From Welwitschia mirabilis (taxonomy: Eukaryota): a stretch of DNA of 64,000 nucleotides. Position 1 is the stretch's first letter, and each line of letters opens with the position of its first letter. The notes beneath the pieces were generated by a model, which was given only the letters and a program-made list of their open reading frames with translations, had not been told where the DNA came from and ran no database searches. Position numbers and translations under genes: made by a program. Positions 54,201-64,000 of the stretch are shown here, one piece after another. The stretch covers positions 2,585,206 through 2,649,205 of the forward strand of contig JBOZIK010000001.1 of assembly GCA_051453625.1 (NCBI GenBank), read 5' to 3'.

Positions 54201-57200
54201 AGCATCATGATTAAAAGAAGCATTACAATAAAACATCCTAGTAAGAAAAGGATATGCAGGACCTAAAACATCTAAGAAATGGTCCAGATCTTGNNNNNNN
54301 NNNNNNNNNNNNNNNNNNNNNNNNNNNNNNNNNNNNNNNNNNNNNNNNNNNNNNNNNNNNNNNNNNNNNNNNNNNNNNNNNNNNNNNNNNNNNNNNNNNN
54401 NNNNNNNNNNNNNNNNNNNNNNNNNNNNNNNNNNNNNNNNNNNNNNNNNNNNNNNNNNNNNNNNNNNNNNNNNNNNNNNNNNNNNNNNNNNNNNNNNNNN
54501 NNNNNNNNNNNNNNNNNNNNNNNNNNNNNNNNNNNNNNNNNNNNNNNNNNNNNNNNNNNNNNNNNNNNNNNNNNNNNNNNNNNNNNNNNNNNNNNNNNNN
54601 NNNNNNNNNNNNNNNNNNNNNNNNNNNNNNNNNNNNNNNNNNNNNNNNNNNNNNNNNNNNNNNNNNNNNNNNNNNNNNNNNNNNNNNNNNNNNNNNNNNN
54701 NNNNNNNNNNNNNNNNNNNNNNNNNNNNNNNNNNNNNNNNNNNNNNNNNNNNNNNNNNNNNNNNNNNNNNNNNNNNNNNNNNNNNNNNNNNNNNNNNNNN
54801 NNNNNNNNNNNNNNNNNNNNNNNNNNNNNNNNNNNNNNNNNNNNNNNNNNNNNNNNNNNNNNNNNNNNNNNNNNNNNNNNNNNNNNNNNNNNNNNNNNNN
54901 NNNNNNNNNNNNNNNNNNNNNNNNNNNNNNNNNNNNNNNNNNNNNNNNNNNNNNNNNNNNNNNNNNNNNNNNNNNNNNNNNNNNNNNNNNNNNNNNNNNN
55001 NNNNNNNNNNNNNNNNNNNNNNNNNNNNNNNNNNNNNNNNNNNNNNNNNNNNNNNNNNNNNNNNNNNNNNNNNNNNNNNNNNNNNNNNNNNNNNNNNNNN
55101 NNNNNNNNNNNNNNNNNNNNNNNNNNNNNNNNNNNNNNNNNNNNNNNNNNNNNNNNNNNNNNNNNNNNNNNNNNNNNNNNNNNNNNGTGGATTTACAGTA
55201 CTAGAAGGAGTCCGTGCGACCATGCTTTCAGGTCGGTCAACTGACCACATCCGGTTGACTGAACCATAGATCTGGTCAACCGAATCATAGATCCAATCAA
55301 ACGCCCTGCATTAGCCAAGGGACAGTGTACCAAACTCTAAATCACTTTCATAAAAGATAAGTTAATTACCAGAATTGGAGTTTACATCATATTTGACAAA
55401 AAAACATTTAATTTATCATAATNNNNNNNNNNNNNNNNNNNNNNNNNNNNNNNNNNNNNNNNNNNNNNNNNNNNNNNNNNNNNNNNNNNNNNNNNNNNNN
55501 NNNNNNNNNNNNNNNNNNNNNNNNNNNNNNNNNNNNNNNNNNNNNNNNNNNNNNNNNNNNNNNNNNNNNNNNNNNNNNNNNNNNNNNNNNNNNNNNNNNN
55601 NNNNNNNNNNNNNNNNNNNNNNNNNNNNNNNNNNNNNNNNNNNNNNNNNNNNNNNNNNNNNNNNNNNNNNNNNNNNNNNNNNNNNNNNNNNNNNNNNNNN
55701 NNNNNNNNNNNNNNNNNNNNNNNNNNNNNNNNNNNNNNNNNNNNNNNNNNNNNNNNNNNNNNNNNNNNNNNNNNNNNNNNNNNNNNNNNNNNNNNNNNNN
55801 NNNNNNNNNNNNNNNNNNNNNNNNNNNNNNNNNNNNNNNNNNNNNNNNNNNNNNNNNNNNNNNNNNNNNNNNNNNNNNNNNNNNNNNNNNNNNNNNNNNN
55901 NNNNNNNNNNNNNNNNNNNNNNNNNNNNNNNNNNNNNNNNNNNNNNNNNNNNNNNNNNNNNNNNNNNNNNNNNNNNNNNNNNNNNNNNNNNNNNNNNNNN
56001 NNNNNNNNNNNNNNNNNNNNNNNNNNNNNNNNNNNNNNNNNNNNNNNNNNNNNNNNNNNNNNNNNNNNNNNNNNNNNNNNNNNNNNNNNNNNNNNNNNNN
56101 NNNNNNNNNNNNNNNNNNNNNNNNNNNNNNNNNNNNNNNNNNNNNNNNNNNNNNNNNNNNNNNNNNNNNNNNNNNNNNNNNNNNNNNNNNNNNNNNNNNN
56201 NNNNNNNNNNNNNNNNNNNNNNNNNNNNNNNNNNNNNNNNNNNNNNNNNNNNNNNNNNNNNNNNNNNNNNNNNNNNNNNNNNNNNNNNNNNNNNNNNNNN
56301 NNNNNNNNNNNNNNNNNNNNNNNNNNNNNNNNNNNNNNNNNNNNTAAATGGTAAAGCATTTACATGTTTAGAAGTAAACATCATATATCTAAATTTGCAA
56401 AATAGTTTAGAATGACCAAGTCTACCACAAAAATTGCATAAGGTATTGGACACATACTTACTTATTTGGTTTATCTATTTTTATGAAATTTGTACTCCAA
56501 AACCAATACCTGATTTGTTTCCATTTTGCTTTCGTATTCCAAGCATCTATTTTAGTTTAGATAAACTACCAGAAAGCTTATTTACAAAGAATGAAAGATC
56601 ATTTACTTGGATAATTAACCTAAAGTTATCGGCTTTAAATACTTTGCACTTCTCCTACTTCCTCCTTTTATTTTATAATGGTCTTCACCATTTTGTTTAA
56701 CTTACTGATTCTTTTGATGAGCTTCTCACATTCTTCATACAACTCTTGACAGGTTTCTTCTAACTCATATTCCTCTTCATCAACCATATCTAAGTTATCT
56801 GATATTGAAGTACTAGGTACATTCTTGAGAGATGATATTAGGGCCATGAAAGTATACTTCTTTCTCTATTTGATCCATGATCTGAGTAGTTCTCTTTAAC
56901 TTCATCATCTTCATTATCCCAAGTTACCATTAATGAGGTGTTTTTAGGCTTCCTACTTTTTCTTCTAGTGTTGGAACATTCATTGGACATATGTCCAAAT
57001 CCTTTGCATGAATAGCATTGGACTTTTTTCCTTTATCTTGTTCTCTTCTTTGTTTTGGATTGCTTTTCCTTGGATTCTTGCTTGGTTTTCCTTCCTTTTT
57101 CCTGTAGAAAAATCTTTTGAAACGTCTTGCTAAAAGAGCCACTTTATCATCGTTAATTTCTTCATCCGATCTGTCAGATCTGTAATCCTCCTGCATATAT

Positions 57201-59379
57201 TTCAAAGCAATAGCTTTTCTTCTATCTTTAGTAAATTTAAGTTTCTAAGTTTGAAGATTACCTTGAAGTTCTACCAATGCCATTGCACTGATGTTTTTGT
57301 TTCTTCGATGGATATTACCTTTGGCTCAAATCTCTTGGGCAGGGATCTCAACACTTTCTTTACCACTTTGCTTTTTTGCATACATTCTCCGAGGCTTGCC
57401 ATTGAGTTTACTATATCTATAAGTCCAGCAAAAAATTCCTGTAAGGTTTATTCATTATCAATATTAATCTCTTTAAATCTAGAAATAAGCATTTGTAGTT
57501 TTACTTATTTAACACTAGATGTTTCTTCATGTGCAACTTCCAAAATATCCCAAGATTTTGTTGCATGGTTCTAGNNNNNNNNNNNNNNNNNNNNNNNNNN
57601 NNNNNNNNNNNNNNNNNNNNNNNNNNNNNNNNNNNNNNNNNNNNNNNNNNNNNNNNNNNNNNNNNNNNNNNNNNTATGCGTTACAACATAATACTTTCTA
57701 TAAAAATAGGTACCGTGTAAGACACACAAGGGATATCTCAATAGATTTCTACATCACTCATGGTTAGATTCCTCATGGCCCTTAGGAGCATGTTAGAAGA
57801 AACCACCTACCAATGACTCAAGTGAGTTAAGAATAATTTCCTTTTGGTATCATCAAGGAGTAGATAATCCATGGTCATAGATTTACTATGATGACGATTT
57901 AACAAGGATAAAATGCATTAGATTAACACATAATACTTATGATGGAATGTAAGAATACCTTTCTTATCTGTTGTGAGCCTCTAGAACTCTTTTTATATTT
58001 CACCTAAAATGTGTAATGTGCATATCCTTTTAGGATTTTTCTATTAAAATTACCTTTGATAGGATTAAGAATCCTTAAGGGGGCATGACAAGAAGGGGGG
58101 AGTGGATGAATAGGTTCTCTTAAAAACCTTAAGCTTGAAAAAAAATCAAAGATATCTAATCAAAGATTGTATGTAAGCAAATATTAAATTAAGAATTTAC
58201 ATACAAGAAATGCAAAAAAGAATGTAAAACATAAAATAGAACTATTGATTTATAAGCACACATGATTTATAGTGGTTTGGGAATTACCCTACTCCACTCT
58301 TGATGATCAGCTTCTTCCATGCTTGATCTCAGATCTTTGTTACTCCATAGGTTTTTTCAGGTTCACTTATTAACCCTCACAAATGGACTTTTATAGTCTA
58401 AGTATCAACCTTAACAACGAACTTTTATAGGATAAGTCTCAATGTCAGAAAGCAATGGATGTGATGTAGTACAACCTTAGTATCTCTGATATCACATGTT
58501 CAATATCAGTATAGTGAATGGGGCTTTTCTTTAATAAAATATAATGATAAAGCTCTTTGATCAGATTCTGATTGAAATCCTTATTCCAAGAGTAGATCTT
58601 CTTAATCAGATATGAATCAGTACAAAATATGTACCAATGAAATATACTACTTGATCTTTCAAATCCATAATAAATATGTCAATTTTGAAAATGTATCCAA
58701 AAGATCTTTAGGGTATCTCTTACCTAGGTATATTTAATGAATGGTTACTAGGGTTTGATAAAATTGAATTACACCTTTAACGAATATAAGCAGCTAGAAA
58801 ATGGCTAAGTAATGGCTAGGTAATGGATACATAATGTTTACAAGATTTACTTTTCTATACCGTTCAGTCGACCTCACAAAAATCTGGTTAACCCCATGAG
58901 AACTTGATCAACTCCATCCTAGGTCCGGTCGACCTCTTATTTCTTAGTCTGGAACTATGGACTATCAGCTTCTTAGGTCCAGTTGACCCCATAAAAGATC
59001 TGGTCAACCCCTTTCCTCTCGGTCTAGGACTTAATTGTTAGCTCCTCAAATCTAGTCAACCGCATAAATATCCAGTCGACCCCTTTCCATTCGATTTAGG
59101 GATACTGATTCTTAGAATCACAGCTTTGGTCGACCCCTTCATAATCTGATCGACCCCTTTGGGTTTAGTCTATTTCTTTGCATCTGCTTCAGGTGTGGTC
59201 GATCCCTTTAGGATTCGGTCTACCCCCACTGGAGGTAAACATAACTGAGTAGTTTCTTTTGTGTATCTTGGTCCAAATCTTCCATCTACAAAACTCAATC
59301 TCATCTGCACACAATATGTAACACTTTGTACTATACCAGAGAAATTAGTTTGACATCAATTGGCAAATATAATCTAACA
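51290..59379 (-). mobile_element. Sirevirus element C (gag plus env-like ORF; no room for INT-RT-RNaseH), gapped
   Basis: LTRs 51290-52675 and 58057-59379; identical flanking ATATT TSD. PPT rc CATCAATGTCAAAGGGGGAG at 52677, with further PPT-like copies at ~52785, 52901 and 52956. env-like ORF 53460-54293 (AYPFLTRMFYCN). gag 56345-57574 (CNFCGRLGHSKLFC; KVALLARRFKRF). Confidence 0.85.
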
Positions 59380-59718
59380 ATATTATAATAGGACGTGACC
59401 CTAGTGAAGCTTTTCTTATAACATGAATTAATATAATATTATTGTTTAATATAATAATTAACATTCATTAGTAATTTCATACAACGATAATACAAAATGA
59501 TTAGCATGTTACAATAAATCATAATATTACTCATAACTAAATGGTTAGATTAATGACGTTATAACTCTAAATCCCACATCAAAAATTATAAAGGATAATA
59601 TTACTTATAAAATATGAAATTCCTTAATAATAATAGAAATGATATGCAGAAATAAAGGTAAATATTAGTAACAAGGAAAGGCATCAAAGACCAAATTTTC
59701 GATCAAGGACCAATTTCT

Positions 59719-62700
59719 TGTTGGGATAATTTGGCATAGATAGTGCCAACATTTCATAAGGTCAGTAGAAGAAGGTGTTAAACGATACAACATTATGAAA
59801 TGGTTATTTAAAGTTGGTCATTGGCTAAACTAAGTAAAGAGAATTAATGAGAGCTTATCTATTAAAAGCTTAAGTAAGACACTGGTTATATATGATCCAT
59901 AAATTATGGATTTGAGTGAAAACATTTTGGGGAGGTAGCCAAATTAACATGAGGAATATCATGTATATATTAAGCCTTTAGCTAATGAAAAATATGCCCA
60001 ACCATTATCCCTAGCATGGCTAGGGTCTAGGGCCTCCATGTTTGATGTATTAGCTTGGTTTAATTTTTTTTGTATGCATGATACATTTCAATTAGTTATC
60101 ATGATTTTTAGTATGTTCATTGGGTTTCAAAACCCTTCAAATGGTATCAGAGCATAGGTAAAGGATCTTGCCTCACAGCAAGCCCTTCAGATCTGTAAAT
60201 CAAATGGAATATAATAAAAAGGTGCTTGCCATACTCAGATTTGCAACGAAGCAACGCAAATGAGAATGAAAAATTTGGAGAAAGGAGATAAGAGATGGAT
60301 TATTGAAGGTAGATCTAATGAAAGGAACATTCCCATGCAGGTTTTCCATCTTATGTTTCATTGCTTTCTTAGNNNNNNNNNNNNNNNNNNNNNNNNNNNN
60401 NNNNNNNNNNNNNNNNNNNNNNNNNNNNNNNNNNNNNNNNNNNNNNNNNNNNNNNNNNNNNNNNNNNNNNNNNNNNNNNNNNNNNNNNNNNNNNNNNNNN
60501 NNNNNNNNNNNNNNNNNNNNNNNNNNNNNNNNNNNNNNNNNNNNNNNNNNNNNNNNNNNNNNNNNNNNNNNNNNNNNNNNNNNNNNNNNNNNNNNNNNNN
60601 NNNNNNNNNNNNNNNNNNNNNNNNNNNNNNNNNNNNNNNNNNNNNNNNNNNNNNNNNNNNNNNNNNNNNNNNNNNNNNNNNNNNNNNNNNNNNNNNNNNN
60701 NNNNNNNNNNNNNNNNNNNNNNNNNNNNNNNNNNNNNNNNNNNNNNNNNNNNNNNNNNNNNNNNNNNNNNNNNNNNNNNNNNNNNNNNNNNNNNNNNNNN
60801 NNNNNNNNNNNNNNNNNNNNNNNNNNNNNNNNNNNNNNNNNNNNNNNNNNNNNNNNNNNNNNNNNNNNNNNNNNNNNNNNNNNNNNNNNNNNNNNNNNNN
60901 NNNNNNNNNNNNNNNNNNNNNNNNNNNNNNNNNNNNNNNNNNNNNNNNNNNNNNNNNNNNNNNNNNNNNNNNNNNNNNNNNNNNNNNNNNNNNNNNNNNN
61001 NNNNNNNNNNNNNNNNNNNNNNNNNNNNNNNNNNNNNNNNNNNNNNNNNNNNNNNNNNNNNNNNNNNNNNNNNNNNNNNNNNNNNNNNNNNNNNNNNNNN
61101 NNNNNNNNNNNNNNNNNNNNNNNNNNNNNNNNNNNNNNNNNNNNNNNNNNNNNNNNNNNNNNNNNNNNNNNNNNNNNNNNNNNNNNNNNNNNNNNNNNNN
61201 NNNNNNNNNNNNNNNTAGTGTTCGAAAGGTTTTCTCTTGGCCCCCCGAGCTCCTTAGTTCTACAGGTCGGGAGGAGTGAGTCCTTTGGTTCCTCATTTTG
61301 AGCTTTCAGCCAGTTTTTTTCCAGACTGGTGTGTGAATTGTATTTTTGTTTGTCTAGATTTTTAGTATCTATGGGCCTAAATTAGCAAGCCCCCAGAACA
61401 TGTAAACAGTGACTATATTTTCTGTCTTCTGTTTATTGCATCTCATGTATTTTGGTCGAGTATGTACTTAAACCGCTTTTTGGTCGAGTATGTACTTAAA
61501 CCGCTTCAGTTAATGAAATTCCTACAAATTTCATTCAAAAAGAAACAAAACCCTCAAATCAAATCGAAACAGCAAAGAAGCATAGCCACAGGAAAATAGA
61601 AAGGATAGCCAAAGAGAAATGGCTGCGAGTCTTCTTGTGTGAAATGCAGGACTATGATTTTAGCAGCCATGCAGAATGGTAGAAGGTCAGAGATCTATAT
61701 CGATGACAGACGGAGAAACACACAAGTAAAAGCCCTAAACGTTACCATTATAGCAATGGCGATTGATGGAGTCTCAGTAATGATCACAATCTGTTTCATT
61801 CAGATCAGAGGTCAATAAGCCTGGTGAATCACACAGAAAATTATAATTTTGAAAAGGATTATAGCAACTGTAAGAGACATAGATGTCGACGAAGATTCGC
61901 TGGTACCAATCGGGAAAGGTACGGAAGGAAAAAACGACACTGAACATTTTTTCTGCAGATTCGAAGTCTTTAGGGTTTTTGCAAACACGAGAGGAGATTT
62001 GAGATCATATATTCATCTAGAAATGCTTCAGTTCCTAGCAGATTCTTTCCGGGTGAATGCTGCATACGTATCGGAATCGGATTCCTGTGATCTTTGTGCT
62101 CNNNNNNNNNNTTTTATGTTTGAGATGCACACAGTCGTCGTGATCGAGCTTCCTTATGTTTCGGCGCGGCCACCACCTCAAACTTCATTCCTCTTCTCTT
62201 GTGGATGAGTGATTTTGATGGAAATCTTTCACATTCGCATTTGCATCCAACTTTATAAATGATGAAGATGACTCTGTGTTAGAATGGCTTTCGCTACTCA
62301 TGACACGCTTTTAGAAAGAAAATTGAAGTTTTTTGCTATTTCAAAGTAGAGTATTTTTATTCTTTACTATACTTTGTGAAAAATCCTTATATGATATTCC
62401 ATTTAAATGTTAGTTGTAACGGTTATTTAAAATGTGAAGAAAGCCCCCAACACCTATTTCAACTTGTATTTAATGTGATTTGTAAATTGTGTGGTCTGAA
62501 ATTGGAATAAGACATATATAAGCCTCGTTGGTTTACTTGATGGTTATGATCTATTCTAAAGAAAGAGAGCAAAGTAAAGGACAGATGAGAAAGCCCTTAG
62601 CACCATGTGAGTTGAGACATGGATAATCCATCAAAAGAGGAGATAATTAGAAATCTTCTAAGTTACCCTCCAAAGTTATTAAGCGTACGTACCTAGCCTT

Positions 62701-63245
62701 GCAATATCTTGAGATGAATTGTTGTAAAATGCATGGTATGAAATGGAATTGTGCACACATTAAGGGGATGTTCTTAAAATGTTGTCATTAAGGAGGCGAT
62801 TGTTGGGATAATTTGACATAGATAATGCTAACATTTTATTATGCTAGTATAAGGTCAATAGAAGGAGGTGTCAAATGATATGATGTTATGAAATGGTTAT
62901 TCAAAGTTGGCACTTGGCTAAACTAAGTGAAGAGAATTAATGAGAACTTGTCTATTAAAAGCCTAAACTAAGACATGGGTTACATATAATCCATAAATTA
63001 TGGATCCAAGTGAGAACATTTTGGGAAGGTAGTCAAATTAAGATGAGAAATATCATGTATATATTGAGCCTATTAACTAATGAAAAATGTACCTAGCCAT
63101 TATTCCTGACATGACTAGGTGCTAGGGCCTTCATGTTTGATGTATTAGCCTGGTTTCATTTTTTTTTATATATATATGCATGATACATCTTACTCTTATG
63201 GTTATCATGATTTTCTGTATGTTCATTGGGTTTTAAAACCCTTCA
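59719..63245 (+). mobile_element. LTR element D with no visible gag/pol
   Basis: LTRs 59719-60139 and 62801-63245 (TGTTGG...CCTTCA). PBS TGGTATCAGAGC 60142-60153; PPT AAGGAGGCGA 62790-62799; TSD TTTCT/TTCCT (4/5). No gag or pol motif in the visible interior; 843 bp are N. Confidence 0.88.
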
Positions 63246-64000
63246 TTCCTATTAAAGATGACTATTGCTAACTTTGCAACATTGACTCAAAGATATAAGA
63301 CCATGTTATTTAAATTTCCATGCATCAAAGAACTAGGACTTTATCCTAAATCTTAGAAGGATTTTATGGAGACTATAAGTATTGAATCATAATATTAATA
63401 TAGTAATTAAGATGTTACAATGATGTTTACTCCATAGTTTTTACTAGAGTACATAAAGGTTAAGGGTTTAAGTATATCTTCACCTTTGACAATGATAAGT
63501 GGGGCTACAAGGGCCATGATACATAGTAAAAGGGTTGTAAAATTAGATATTTCAATATTAATATATTTTAATGATCATGTTAAATCACATATGTAGTCCA
63601 TCAAGCACAAAAGGATGGTCTCGAAAGCTCAACCTTTGTTTCTAACTATCATCATGCCAATAAAAAGGATCATTATGGTATGGTTATATAATTATTCGAC
63701 ATGGTTTAATGCAAGGTTCAGGTGTCCTACTCCTGGCATGTATCATCATAGCTTAAGTATGCATATGAAATTAAATAATATTTATAAAATATGTTTCATA
63801 ACATGAAATCGTGTGTAAATTATCAGGAATAACATTATTATAATCGTAAATTAATTATATCACAAAGGTCAAATTGGATAAAATCTAATTTTCAATATTC
63901 TAAAACATGCATGAAGTCATTTAGAGCCTTTATCTATATTATAACATAAATTAAATAAAAGGACGTATTAAATCAAGTTTTCATTTCTTCATAAGTCATT

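Noticed and set aside
59571..59612. ATCCCACATC plus a TATA-like sequence resembling a plant snRNA/telomerase RNA USE promoter
   Set aside because: The USE is imperfect, and the downstream sequence is featureless AT-rich DNA with no recognisable snRNA or telomeric template.
49916..61301. Long ORFs of 280-360 aa in the ORF track
   Set aside because: They are artefacts of translating through N gaps.

Overview
Very AT-rich, gapped eukaryotic (land-plant-type) genomic DNA made almost entirely of decayed, nested retrotransposons. No intact protein-coding gene is visible. Main contents: (i) an L1 LINE whose ORF2 is split between ~7921 and ~35529 by ~27.6 kb of other sequence; (ii) three related Sirevirus (SIRE, Ty1/copia) elements carrying an env-like extra ORF: a full-length decayed copy A (19209-35528, -), and copies B (28041-35124, +, nested in A's 5' LTR) and C (51290-59379, -, TSD ATATT) that lack, or in C have no room for, INT-RT-RNaseH; (iii) two other copia relics, Athila-like and Tat-like gypsy relics, and RTE-like and L1 relics; (iv) a 312-bp TRIM with a perfect TSD; (v) an LTR element (59719-63245) with no visible gag/pol whose interior looks like host gene sequence; (vi) CpG-retaining, gene-like islands at ~37.1-38.0 kb and ~42.1-43.1 kb. 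All calls come from reading motifs by eye, with no database searches. Boundaries of the degenerate relics are approximate, and N gaps limit the structural conclusions.
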